From Lophium mytilinum (lineage: Eukaryota): a stretch of DNA of 64,000 bases. Both the position numbers and the translations under genes were made by a program. Location: assembly GCA_010093605.1 (NCBI GenBank), contig MU004182.1, forward strand, positions 2,651,195 to 2,715,194, in the 5' to 3' direction. Within the stretch, counting starts at the first letter, position 1. Each line of letters starts with the position of its first letter. The notes under the pieces are model-generated. The model had not been told where the DNA came from. It saw only the letters and a list, made by a program, of their open reading frames with translations, and did not search any database. Of the stretch, positions 1 to 12,655 are shown piece after piece.

Positions 1-439
1 TTACCTGGGTATGCCAGTGGATGATATTGAAGTGCTTCTTCTCTTTACTTCCCCACAGACCTGGGGCTGGGGCTCCTTTCTCCTCTCGCTTCGCCTTGTG
101 CTCCTTAAGAAGCCGGGAGTAGCTCTGGATCGAGACAGCCACGTCTTTCTTGCCTATATTGAGCCAATGCACGAGGCAAAACTGGCAAATCGCATGGCCG
201 CAATTAGCTCGCACGGGGATCTTGTGGTAGGTCTCCTGGTCCAGCATCTCATTGCCAGTGATGTCTCTTAGGCAAACGCTGCAGATCCGGTCGTCTACCT
301 TGATTGTATCGATTGGGGCGAGGCGGAGGTTCGAGAACAACCAGCTCTCGCGAAGCAGCATCGAGGTGTCTGGGGGGTCAGCGAGGATGTTGCTCGAAGC
401 CTTGGGGAACTGATCAATTGGAATATCCTCGAACGGCAT
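1..439 (-). CDS. RING-HC-like zinc finger protein, 5' part only (runs off the window start; absent from the ORF track)
   Basis: Manual translation from ATG 439 is open to position 1: MPFEDIPIDQFPK...DDRICSVCLRDITGNEMLDQETYHKIPVRANCGHAICQFCLVHWLN..., a CxxC-x23-CxH-xx-CxxC-xxxW pattern. It ends at CAG|GTAA, a probable intron donor at position 4. The last CxxC pair is not in the window. Confidence 0.8.
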   Translation of the reverse strand, partial: MPFEDIPIDQFPKASSNILADPPDTSMLLRESWLFSNLRLAPIDTIKVDDRICSVCLRDITGNEMLDQETYHKIPVRANCGHAICQFCLVHWLNIGKKDVAVSIQSYSRLLKEHKAKREEKGAPAPGLWGSKEKKHFNIIHWHTQV

Positions 440-1559
440 TGTTGATTGAGACAAAGGCTGTGTAGAGTGTTTTTTGTATGGTGGGTAAGCTAGTGGAGGA
501 AAGACGGAGCTGGTGGTGCGTTGTAGGGTTTGTGAGTTTCTGAGTTCTTGCAAGCCCAACTTATATTCCGGGGAAGAGGCTGATTCCCCTTTTCAGCAGA
601 AGCTGATGCTTACCTGGGTTCATGGTGAATGTCCGAAACGGCGCGTTTCGAGTCCAGCACAAAGTCGGGGCGCCGGTCTAAAACATTCAATAGCGGCTTG
701 CTTGAAGGCCTTTCGCAGCAGATGTTCCGCATCGAGGCTACCATGGCACTGATCAATGTCTTAGTCAGTGAACCGCGCCAAACGCCTCTCCGCCCCTCTA
801 CCCTTACCCCCTCCTTTTCGTTTCGTAGCTATTTGCACTGTCTTTTCTATTCTCCCTCTCTCCGCGTCAGAACGAAGCCGCCGTCGACTCAATTGTGCTC
901 CGCGGTCGAGATATGGGTAATCTCATCCGTCTCCCATATCCCTCCTCTCAAGAGTCCCGTCATGACCTTCCCGTCATGACCTCAGCCTATACGGTGGTCT
1001 AACCTCCCAAGCGGAGGTGTCGTGCTCCCAAGTGGCATACTCCGCCTCCAATGTTAGGGCCTGTCTTTGGTATTGAACCTGCCCATTCAAGAAGCCCATT
1101 CACCTGATTATGATCCGAACACTTCTAATACCGGTTTCGATTCGTGGCCTTTTCAGCTCTTAGAAAAAAATAGTCTGGGTACCACTCTAGAAAGACCCTG
1201 CACGCTGAGCCCATCCCTGCGATTCCTTAGGGGGAGATATGTCAGCATAGTGATCTTTTCCTCACAAGTATACTTTTCCATTCAGTCTAATTAATACACG
1301 AATCACACCTACAGTTGAGCGGGCACGATGTATACAGCAGGTGATATATCACCATTTATGGCTATCGATGTCACATAACATACACAAACATCGCAAAGAA
1401 TAGCGGAATAACTAAGGCGGTTTACCAACGCACAAAAGATACGACGCTACAATCTCCATGGCCCGAGATCAAAATTTCGTCTCTACAAACTCTACTAAAG
1501 TTCCCAGGCAAGTTTATCAACAAGACCATACGCGGACTCGAATGAAGACAATGATATCA

Positions 1560-2399
1560 CTACTCCCCCTCCATCTCTTTGCCCACCGCACCCCCATGCC
1601 GAGCCCGAAGCTCCCGCGCAACTTCCTGCTCAAAGTACACCTCAAAGATCTTCGGGCTCATCTCACGCACGGCGGGATACACCTCCTCCATCATCATCAC
1701 CTCAAGCCGTCGGACCTCGACGCCTGTTAGATTATTCGGATGCCGCTCCACTATCTCCTGGAGCACCTGTGCCCACGCTTGACGTGGTGTATTAGTGCGG
1801 ACTGCACGAGTTACCTCTTCTATCACCGCAAGCTTTAGACGCTGCGTGAGGACCTCTGGATCTGAATTGATCTCCCAGTCATTGTCCTCTAGTTCCGATA
1901 GGGTCAGGTCATCTATATCGGAATCGCAAGATGAAGGACCCGTCTCTGCATCATCCGTGTCTATGTCAGAGCTATCATTAGTTCCTTCGGTGGCATCCGA
2001 GTCCTCGCTGTCGTCATCGAGACTCATCGCTGTTTGAGGATTAACGACACTTCCTTGCGCTCCCACAGCTAAAGGGGCGGCGAGGAAAGGCTGGAACCGG
2101 CAATTCGGGCACGTGTCTCTGCTCTGAGATGTGCCGGTGAACCAGGGCCAGATGCATTCTTCGTGGAAGGCGTGGCCGCATTGGATGATTCGGATTGATA
2201 GGCGTTCGGTGTCTGAGGTTTCTTCTTTGCAGATTGAACAGGTGTCCCAGCTGGTGTTGTTCTCTTGCCGGCTCCAGACTAGCCCAGTCCAGAGGAAGTG
2301 CTGGAAGGTTGGGGGTGTCGACATTGCGGTGTCTGGGTTACCTTCTTTGTGAATTTGGGGTAGGGTGATGGTGGTTCGTGGAAAAGGGGGGTGGTTCAT
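1560..2399 (-). CDS. RING-H2 finger protein (putative E3 ubiquitin ligase) with acidic linker
   Basis: CSICKEE...CGHAFHEECIWPWF...TCPNCR is a complete C3H2C3 RING-H2 pattern in an intronless ORF. Confidence 0.88.
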   Translation of the reverse strand: MNHPPFPRTTITLPQIHKEGNPDTAMSTPPTFQHFLWTGLVWSRQENNTSWDTCSICKEETSDTERLSIRIIQCGHAFHEECIWPWFTGTSQSRDTCPNCRFQPFLAAPLAVGAQGSVVNPQTAMSLDDDSEDSDATEGTNDSSDIDTDDAETGPSSCDSDIDDLTLSELEDNDWEINSDPEVLTQRLKLAVIEEVTRAVRTNTPRQAWAQVLQEIVERHPNNLTGVEVRRLEVMMMEEVYPAVREMSPKIFEVYFEQEVARELRARHGGAVGKEMEGE

Positions 2400-3297
2400 T
2401 AGATGGAAGAGAACGAATTGGGATGGTGAACTTCATAAACAGCTCTCCTTGCTGGCTTACACTTTCACTTGGGAGCTTCATGGTGAATGTGGCTTCTCTT
2501 CACGCCTTTGAAGAGGATTGGCTCATGGACGAAGTGAATGATATGAAACGACTGGATGAAGACGATGGCTACGTTCAGATGATGGATATCAAAAGCTATG
2601 GTTGCTAGACGACTTCGAACTATGCAGTCATATTCACTCTTTCATTCATATGAACGTGCTGATGGCCATGGCTCTGAAGGAGTTCTCATGATATGCAGAA
2701 TGCTAAGGTTATTAGATAACCCGTTTCTGAAATAGTGCTGTCGACCGACAGTTGTCAAATGACAGATATGACGAATAAAATGACATATAACAGCTACAGG
2801 AAACAATGTAGGACACCTATTTGCCGTTTAACAATCGACACTGCAAGTTTGCCTTACACGCGCCACAATGGTCGGAAAGGTATATAAGTAGCATAGGGCC
2901 TTTCCTGGTCCCTTTATATAATTCTCCAATGGACTCATGAAAACACCGAAAGAGCGCCCTAAAGTTCTAACCTCTGACCTAGCTAATCGGTGGCATAGAC
3001 TCCTAAGAAGGCGTTGAAGATATGACTTGCCGTTCACTAAAGACCAAAGCCGCGTAGATGCGGTTCGATATGGCTACCATAGCCAACTATTCACTATCCA
3101 CAACCCCGATATATAACTACCTATGAACCTATTCGTTGCCCTCAACCTTTCAACAAACACCACACTCCTTTACATAACATCCTGACTCCCTGATTTCCTT
3201 CAGCACGCCAAACGAAAACTCCCCATACGTGCAATCGTATGTTCTTCCTGCCTGTCTTGGCCCTTCGTTCATCGTCACTAACTCACACCCTAGAAAA

Positions 3298-4008
3298 ATG
3301 GCACAGCGCTTTTTGGACCTCCTGCACTATCTGACCTACCTCGCGGCCAACGCCCCAGAAGCCAGCAGCGCGACGGAGACAGAAACATGCTCTATCTGCA
3401 AAGAAGATTTCCTCTCGGGAGCCCCCAACACCCTGCAAATGCTCCCATGCAAACACTATTTCCATCGCAGCTGTGTTATGCCTTGGTTCCAAGGGACCGA
3501 GCCGAACCATAACCGTTGCCCCTACTGCCGGACACAACTCTTCCGTGACGACATACTCACGACGTCCGAACTCCAGACAATCCAAGAACTTGGAACCGAC
3601 GAGTGGCTGGCCGGAGACGGACGAGCAAGCTGCGGGTGCAGTGTTCCTCATCTCGGAGGCGTGGAGGAATGGCCATGCTGTGGCCCCTGGCGACAAGCCG
3701 CGGAGAGGGACGAGACTTATGCGTTCCAGGACCTTGAGCGAGCGGACGAGTTGTGGATGTGGGTGCATACGCAGAAAAACTGCGATTGCGAGACACCAGA
3801 GGGTGTGAATCCGCGGGACTGGTGGAAGTGGCATTTAAGCCTGTCGTGCTTCTGGGATTACCTGCTGGAAATCGTCCAGGATGAGAATCCTGAGGCGTAT
3901 GAGAGGATGGAGAATGGAGAGGTGGATCACGAGGATATCATGAAGGACTACCTTTTTGAACATGAGCATAGGGGCAACTTTACGAGACGGGACTTGGATT
4001 ATGTCTAG
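3298..4008 (+). CDS. RING-H2 finger protein (putative E3 ubiquitin ligase)
   Basis: CSICKED...CKHYFHRSCVMPWF...RCPYCR. ATG 3298 follows an apparent 5'-UTR intron at 3237-3293 (GTATGT...CACTAAC...TAG). Confidence 0.88.
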   Translation: MAQRFLDLLHYLTYLAANAPEASSATETETCSICKEDFLSGAPNTLQMLPCKHYFHRSCVMPWFQGTEPNHNRCPYCRTQLFRDDILTTSELQTIQELGTDEWLAGDGRASCGCSVPHLGGVEEWPCCGPWRQAAERDETYAFQDLERADELWMWVHTQKNCDCETPEGVNPRDWWKWHLSLSCFWDYLLEIVQDENPEAYERMENGEVDHEDIMKDYLFEHEHRGNFTRRDLDYV

Positions 4009-4538
4009 CTGCTTTTGGGTCGGCGGGTTTCTAGGGTCTAGTCTTGTCTCCTTGCTCTATGAACTTGTTTTGGCTGGATTACGAAAATGGGTATAATTAC
4101 ACGATATGTTTGGGAGAACTCAGATAAGGGTACATTCACGATGGCTGACTTGAGCTTGCCGGGAGGCGGAAGAATTGTTGGTTGAAAGTTGGCAGGTTCT
4201 CCTCCATGAGCTGTTTGCAAAGCTCTTGGGCATAGCTCGCTACCTTTCCAAATATAGAAGCTTTTTTGGTCTTACGTAGTCCTTCGGTATTGAGCGAAGG
4301 GAAAATTGTCTGAGAACACCTTCGCCTTGAGACCTATGAGAAGTCTAGTGTCTCTGAACAACTTCACGACGACGAGGGCAAGGGAACAAACCACAAGTAT
4401 AACGAGTATAAAATCACAGTTCCCCTGTATTGCGACCTACTAAAAGCCCACCCCCAAACGCCTGATCGCTATGCACCAAAATCGACGGCCAACGCCCATA
4501 CCCACGCTATAAACGCTCCCTCAAGATGCCCGCTTGCT

Positions 4539-7500
4539 TCAGAAGTGCCCAATCACCGCCCGAGCATCCCCATTAGAATCCATCACCGTTTCTTGCTCCG
4601 TCTGCGTCTCCATCCTTACATGCCGCGGCTGTATGCTCTGTTCCGTAAACTGGTGCCAGCAATTCGGCGCCTGGAGGATATATTTCGCCATCGCGATCCT
4701 GAAGCGGTTACGATAGTCCTTCGGCGAGGTAATAGTCGGCTTGTTCTTCCCGCGATCTTTGATCCAGGACTCGAGTTTCTTGTCCCAGGTGTAGGTACGG
4801 ATGCAATCTGGAATGAGAAGTTAGTAAGTCTAGTAATGTTTGAAGAGACTTTTAAACACGATGAAGAAAGGAGAGTGCTTACCAATAATGCCGACGATGA
4901 TTTCTCGGTGCGTGTCATCGAAGCCGGCCATGAGACTGTAGTCCATTACGTTTTGCTGGGATAGGAAAAGCGTGTCATTCCAGACGCATGCTTTGAGGAG
5001 CTTCTTTGTATGCTCCCGCACGAAGATGGGTGTTTCAGAGTAGATTATGTCCACTAGATTCTCATCTAGCAGGACCTCATCGCGCTCTCCAGTGCTCTGG
5101 ATCTTCCGATTTCGCATAGAACCCTTGAGATCAAATCGCCGGTTGGGTTCGCGGTCGTAGAAGAGATTCTCCATGACTAGCATGTACCAATCGAAGTCTC
5201 GGCCAGTGGGTGTCTTGATCTGCACTTGGAAGAGGCCAAACATCTTTGCGATCACGGTCGGCAATCCCTCGAAGAGATTCTTGTGAGTGAAGGCGAAGTA
5301 GTTTGGCGCGAACCGGAAAAAAGAGTTGACTTCAATTGGCGAGAGAGACTTCAAGACGAAACGGTCGTCCAGTGTCTTAAGGAACAGCGATTTGCTTTTC
5401 CCGCCCTTAGAGTCCCATTTAGAACATCGGGACAAAGACTCGACAAAGCGATCAGCAACTCCGCACTTCCGGCGAAGCGCGTCGAATGACTCGGCATAGA
5501 AGATCTTGCATTGCGCTTTCACGCCGCGGTTAGTGAAGCCGTAGCGAATGTTCGTGTTTGCTTGGTGCAGTAGGTTCCGTTCAATAGAAGCCTCGGAGTC
5601 CGCCAGACCGTTTTGTCCCATCGCCTTTTCCATCTTGCTCTGCTCCGTGCGGAAACTGTGTAACTTGGTGAGATAGTCTGGGCTTGACAATGCTAGCGCA
5701 ATGATGGAACTGGGCTCGTCCTCGCGAACAATGATATCGGAGTCTTCCCACACATGCTCAATCTGGGCGAACGGGTAATCAAGTGGAGCCCATCCACTAG
5801 CAGAACGTTCAGACCAAAAGCTTGTCAGCATTCTCATCAAAGAGGTTTTCTCATGCTTCGGCAACTCCAAGCTAATATCGAGCTGCGACTCTGTTGGCGA
5901 CAACAGTTGGGACTCGTCGATACTTTCGGGGAGTCGTAAATCGTCCAAGATGGTGTTCTCAATGTCGCTAGCGTCGCCCTCGGCGTCTGAGGTAGGATGG
6001 CTGGTGTTCGCTCCATGTTCTTCGCCTTCAATAGATGGACTAGTGGAACTCTTTGGGCGCCGTTCGTCCATAGGCGATTCCGTTCCAGTCGTTGGTTCCG
6101 TAGTTCCAGAGAAACTGCTGTCCTCGAGTGTGCTGTTGTCTGTACTAAGCCGAGTAGGAGTAGCTACATTAGGGTCCTCCTCCGATTGGCTCTGTTCCTG
6201 TATAGCGTCATGTACGTCGTGATACACTTCTACTGAAGGTTTCGAAGACGCCAGAGGGTATGCCCGCGCTTGACGGCTTCGCTCTGCTCGAAGGCGCCTC
6301 TCACGAAGGCGCTCTTTCTCAAATTCGCGACTGAGCTGTTCAAAGTGCTTTGCCAATGTAGATACCCTAGACTCATTGCGCTTTCGAGGGACAGATCTGG
6401 GAATCATTGAATGGCTAGAAGACTTTGAAGCCTTAAAGGAACCTAAGCCCAGGCGTTCTGTCATTCTCTTTTCAAGAGCTTTCGCTGATTCACTAAGGCT
6501 CATCTTTTGCGGATCTCCTTTGCTGGTTCCAATAGACGTCGTGATACTGCTGGTTGAACCGTTACCATATTGGTCTCGCCGAGATAACCCCCCCGGCTGC
6601 GATTGGGTCCGGGTCATGGGTGGTGGTTTTAAAACACCTTCACGCCGAATGGTGTCGACTAAGCGAGGTATCTTCGATTCAATGATGGACCCAGACGGAA
6701 AGCTACTGAGTTCAGCTTGGTGCATGCTGTCCACAGCTTCAGATATAGAGTTATCCAACGGTTCTGGCTTGATAGACGGCGAATTAATTGTAGGCGCTAT
6801 TTCTTGCGACATGCTAGATTCTGGTGATAAGGTAGGTGGATTTCCATCTTGTGTAGCCTTCGGAGATGATGTGCTCTCTCGGAAATCAGAAGACACTGCA
6901 AGATCTAGATGACGGACATCTTCTCTCTCAAAGGCTTCAATGGAGGTTTGGAGAGGCATATCCGAATTGACGCTTATAGAGTTACTGCGGGAACCGGTCC
7001 CTTGGCCAACGGGAGTCGAGGTTTGTTCTTCTCCCAGCCGTGGGCCAGGTGTTTGATCTTCTTCGACTACTGATGTGAGCATATCCCTAGCATGCTCTGG
7101 GGACATGTGAGAAGGCATAGGATTCAAGGAGAGTGTCTCGCCCTTCTCGCGCAGCTCTGGGCTTGACAAGGCTTCATTTCCCTCGTCGACAGATGCTAAT
7201 GAGCTCGAGGACTCATCACGCTCGAGGAAGATCTTCTTCAATTGAAGGGCAGCAAGTCGCCTGATGTCTTTCTCCGAGGGGAAGAACTGATGCTCAAACT
7301 CCGCAAAAGCATCGTCCCACGAAATGGCTTTCTCTTGGATAGCTCGAATAGCTCTGTTGAGAGGGATGATTTCGTAGTATCTGGAGCACATGTACTTGTC
7401 TTGCAGTTTCTGTCGTAGCCAATCATGTTCCTCACTGGCTCGCTTCGTCAGTTTCTCAACCTCAGCTCGACAGGCTTCAATCTTCTCTGGTATTACACTT

Positions 7501-10500
7501 TCGACATGAATACTCTTGAGACGTGTTTTGACGGAGGTCATGAACCTGTCTAGCCGATCCTCTATCTTGAGAAACTGTTCGTTCTTCAGGCGGAGATCGC
7601 TATCCACCTTCCACGTCACTGTCGGTCGGGGTACTATGACTTCGTAGAGGTGGACGTTGTCGTATTGAATCTGAATCGCGACGTTGTTGAGTCCGAAGTA
7701 TCTGACATGGTCCCGATGAATGTCATGCGGGCATATATCAGCACGAGGATGTAACTTCGTGCTCCAGAACGTAAGCTCCAAATACTTTGCAAAGGAGTAT
7801 TTCCATGTGTTCTCAGACATAGGAATGACTTGAGTCTCGATAGCACATTTTCGGCAGACGCTCCACATCAGAATAGTACCGTGGAGACCTCGAATCTTAG
7901 AAGGATATTTCTTGACGATGACACTCATTTGGCCCTCTCCGTGAACGTATTGGCGATGATGGTCCAACATTCTCTTATCACACCCGTTCACGTCGCAGAC
8001 CGTACTCGCCCCGTGGCAAAGGTCTTCAACGTACTGACCAAGCGTACAGTCAGGTGTGAAACCATCATCGTAGTCATGCTCATGGTAGAATGCCAAAGCG
8101 ATGATTTCGGGACCAACGCACGGAGTGGATGTGACTGAGTTGACTACGCTGTATAAGACTGCAATCTTCTGATGGTTGAACGGATCGAAGAGATTCAGGT
8201 TACTAGACACGTAACCCTCCCATTGCCGTTTTTGAGTCTGGTATGCATGCAACGCCTTATCAAACTCGGCAGCATGGACCGCGTGCAGAAAGTCGCGCAC
8301 TTGCTTGGATGCCTGTTCCAAGACGGTGTGTACCATCTCGGGTTGGACCAGCTCGAACTCCTCGGGGTCGTCTGTACCCGCCTTCTCATCATCCGTGGTA
8401 TATCGATCGCGGAGATTCTTCAGATATCCCACTTTTCGTTCCTGCTCACGAGCCTGCATCAAGAGATACGGCTGCATGAATTTTACGAAGGGTGAGGCCG
8501 AAAGTATCTTTGTTTGATGTGTCTCGACCATTTCGCCATAGAATGAGGGCAGTGGAGCATCATCTGGAACAGTCAAGGCAGTTGCAGAGTTGCTCGTGAT
8601 GCTGTTCTTGGCTGATATCGGGGCAATTACTACGCTGTCGTTTGTGTCGTCTTCAATGGGTTGAGATTTGGCGTCGGAAGCTTCGTTTGTCGTTTGTGGT
8701 GAATGATCTTCCGGTGCCGCATTAACGGAGTCTCGAGAAGTGTCAGCGATCTCCAGAGCAGGCTTAGATGGATCCTTTTTCCCTGCTAGAATCGTCCCTC
8801 CCATGGTAGTGGATGGTATGAGAACGAATTCGTCTCGCATAAGACAGGTTTCGAGCTTGAGATTGTAGACAACAAAACAGAGAAATTCAGCAATCTTCTT
8901 CAGAGCCTTGAGCGTGTCGATCGTAGCTCCGCGTAATACAATTGTGCACCCCAGATCGCTCTGACATCCGGACAAGTAGATGTATGTCTTCTTCCTGTTC
9001 TCGTGGACATACGTTTTGACATCGAAGCTTTGGCATCGTCCGAGATGCGAAGGATCTATATTGAGTTTTTCCACCGAGGATATCATCCGCGTCTGAGTAC
9101 ACCTCGAGACAGCGTTGAGAACCGTTGGCTTGACGTTATATGCCACCGCGATGTTAGCCTCTTCGAGGAACTCTAGCGCGAGGCCAGCAACATTGCGTTG
9201 CACGAGCAGCACGGAAGGCTGGAGGGCAGCTATCCGGTCAACTAGGTTTCGTAGATATTCCCTTTCTTGCGCAATGACTGGTTCTAGGCTCATAAAATGT
9301 TGCTGGTGGCGCGCGTACTCTATCGGAAATGTGACTATCAGAATACGGGGATGCGCAATACTCCTCGGCATACTTTTCAAAGCTACTTTCTTTGTGAAGA
9401 CAACGCCCGACACGTACGAAGTGTCTCCTGGCCTTCCCCCAGGGATCTTCTTTAGTTTGATGTAATGCCGAATGTCGATATCGTCGTTATGTTGGACATC
9501 AGGATTGACGTCGTCCGTGCATTGTAGCAAAATGGGTAGGAGAGCTTTTTCCCATCTTGTCATATTTGGGATGGAAGAGTCATGCAGCATTTGCTTCAGT
9601 AACTTTCTGACATGGTGCAAGCTTGCTTGGTTGAGTTCAACAACAGGCGCATTGCCTCCTCGCATTGATGAGCTACGTGTCATTTGGAACCCCACCGTAG
9701 GCAGAGGAAGCATTGGAGGGTGGGGAGCTGGCGGTTGCCCAATGCTTCCAGCGAGACCAACTCCGAATGATCGAAGTAGGCTGTTGCTTTTCGCTCTTCG
9801 CGGAGATGGGCGCGGTCCAACTGTGCTGCTGATGCTCATGTTCCGTCTTCTTGAGTGTCGATTCATATGGCGGCTTGCAATGCTTGCCGTGTCCGTGTCT
9901 CGTGGAGGTCCCACTATGCTCCTTTCGCCGAGTCTAGACTTCCCCTTCCGCATAGCTGCCAAGAGACTGCCAAGCCCACTTCTTTCACTCTCTCCACTTG
10001 CATGAGCAGGCGAATCTGCGTTGAGAGTTGCGAATATGCTGGCTGGCTCTTCCTCGCTTGAATCTTCGTCAGACATGAAAGCTGCGAGATCTGGATCGAT
10101 GATATTGTCGTGATGGAAAGCCGGAAGCGTTGAGCGGTTTCGATGGTCTTCCGCATCGTGACGATGAAAAGGAGCTCGCTCATCGTATCGAACATGTCGC
10201 ATGTGCTGATGACGGGAAAGATGGCGTTTATGACTTGAGGATCGGGGTCTCCCGCTAAGGGATCGGAGTGATCTGGAGGAGCTGGGTCTAGCTAAGATCG
10301 GTGGTGCTCCAAGCTCTATGACTGCAGATCGGCGCTTCTTCTCTCCTCCAGCTTTTCGCGACATCGGGATGCTAATTGTAGGTGTGCCGATCTTGGTGTG
10401 GTCACTCTCAGTTGTGTCAGTATTGCGGTCTATGTCGTCCATGAAGCCTAAAGTTTCGTCTTGTTCATATAGAGAATTACGATCTGCCTCATCGGTGTAT

Positions 10501-11936
10501 ACCGAAGAGTCGTCATCATCTCCATAGAGGAGAGCCTCACAAGGTTTGCAAACTCTCAGATTGCCAGACTGGCCGAACAACTTGCCTGCTACTAGTGAGG
10601 TGCACTTGGCGTCGAATATCTGACCGCAAGTTCGGCAGTGGTGTTTTCTTCTGAAAGTTGAGAAAGCATCGCCGCAGTAAAAACAGTCCTTGGCATTCTC
10701 GTCCCGCATCCAAAACTCCTTTGGCAAGATCTTCCTGCGCGATTGGGAGAAGCCATTATTTGGAAGGTTTCTAGAGAGTGAACTCGAAGGTCTCGCCCGA
10801 GGATGTTCTTCTACGGATGGAAAGCGGGGGCTCCGAGCTGGAGCGACGGTGGCAACCGAGCTAAGACCGTCAGATGAAGATGTCCGCGAGTGTCGGTATC
10901 CTGGTAGGTGGGACTGGCTGATCTGTAGCATGGGAGGCCTTTGGGGAGCTTGAAGAGGTTTATATGTAGGGTCTGTGGCTAGCTTGTCCAGGACATGATC
11001 ACCGATCTCAGTCTCGCCTGCGCCTTTGGAGGGTAGTTTGCCAACTACAGTTAGAGGCTGACTGTTATCATCATCTCTTGGAGAAACGATTCTTTGCAGC
11101 CCTGAATCGCCTGTTTCGGTATCGTTGGGACTTTTCTGGGATTTGGACAATTCATAGAAAGCTCCTCCGTCAACCATCACTAGGTCATCGTCTTCAGTAG
11201 TATCACTCTCGTCATCCCGAAGGTCCATGTCGCCTCTAGATTGGCGGAAAGGCTCTTCACCGCTGGCTACATAGCATGCTCCATCGGCTGTGTTGGGTGT
11301 TCCAAGACCAGCTGAAGACGGATGCTGAGGACTGTCAAGTCCGCGGCCATTTTTCAATCTGAAGACGGAGCCTGCCGGGCTCCGTGACCCGTTGTCATTA
11401 TCTTTGTGTAGTTTCGACGATTCGATGCTAGCTGCCAAAGAGCCTCTCGATTTGTTTGTTGGCAAAGCCGGCTTCGGCCCGTTAGACGACCCTCTAGACG
11501 CAGCGGCTAGGCCCGAGTTGTTCGATTCTCTGGATGGAGGAAGTGGAATATCAGGGAAGTTTGTGACTGCGGGCGATTGCAGTCTTGACGAGGAAAAGGA
11601 TACTACAACCGGGGAGGAGACGGCAGTGCCTGGGCTCTTTGGTGTCTGCGAGGGCTTCGGTGTCCGTGTATTGGCACTGTTGATGGATATGTCATCGGGA
11701 GTCTCACTGCTATCCTTTGTGCCTCCCACGCTCGCCTTCAAGCGACTGTAGAGCCCACTGAAACCGCCTTGAACTAGGTCGATGCCCTTCGCGTCTCCGC
11801 CCGACGACGAAGGCGGCGAGGCAAAGTCGCCAAAGGTTGTGAGGCTCTCGGTGCGTGACGCAGAGCTGTGTATTTGGGCTAGGGGATCAGACACGGAGCC
11901 GCGTCGAGAGCGGCGTGTAGCGTCTTTGGGATTCAT
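4539..11936 (-). CDS. FAB1: 1-phosphatidylinositol-3-phosphate 5-kinase (Fab1/PIKfyve)
   Basis: FYVE finger (CFYC...[14 protein letters not shown]), CCT/TCP1-like domain ([10 protein letters not shown]) and PIP-kinase domain (GGKSKS..FLKT, FDLKGS, MDYSL). Intron 4808-4882 (GTAAGC...CTAAC...CAG) restores [20 protein letters not shown]; stop at 4539. Confidence 0.97.
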
Positions 11937-12655
11937 GGAGGCTTAAGAGGGTGTCTTTCGGGTGGAGCGCCGCCAGAGGTCGACCAGGCGTGGAGGCTTC
12001 GGAGCCCTGTGCGGGGAGGAAGCGGGCATGAGCTCGTATACATAAGGCATCAGCGTACTAAGGCCATCGTCGGCCACATGACGGAGGTGTCGGCGGCGTG
12101 AATGGGGCGTGCAAGAGGAGTGCGGCGTGGGGCGAGCGTGGTGCTCTGATGGGAACCGTCTTTGACAGATTCTAGTGGGGTCTTGGAAGCAGCAGAATAG
12201 GTCGATTGGTAGGGCAAGTGCGTATAATGGTCAAGTCGCAGTAGTTCGAACAAACATCGATGCTCGGGGAGCTTATGACGTTGCCAAGCTACACTATCAT
12301 TTTATGCGCTATCACTGCCGCCAGCCGCTGAGCAGGTGACAGCGTGGGGCGTGTCGGGATTGTTTGATCAGCCGCTATAACTACACCTCTTCCGTCTCGC
12401 GTGCCTTAGGCATACACGAGATGAGCCTTTGGAAGAGGCTATTCTTACTTCAAGCCCAGCTGTATCCCCAGTGTTATAATTATTGATATCTTTATTACTA
12501 TCAGACGCCTGGCCGAGTCACCGTCGGTGCGGTGTTTTCGGCGCACGCCCCCGCTCCCCACAAAACGCGAGGTCGCGTCGCCTCCGTCCTCCGAACTTCT
12601 TCACCCCACTGCAACACCTTTTCCTGCCTTCTTGCCCCGACCGGCATGCCTCCCG

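Noticed and set aside
5226..11751. Numerous + strand ORFs within FAB1 (likewise within 17563-23315 and 60884-61564)
   Set aside because: Antisense frames of long real CDSs with no motifs.
11937..12080. Upstream ATG/intron (MWPTMAL|GTACGC...CAG) as an extra FAB1 coding exon
   Set aside because: An in-frame TAA lies just upstream of ATG 11936; at most a 5'-UTR intron or uORF, unsupported.
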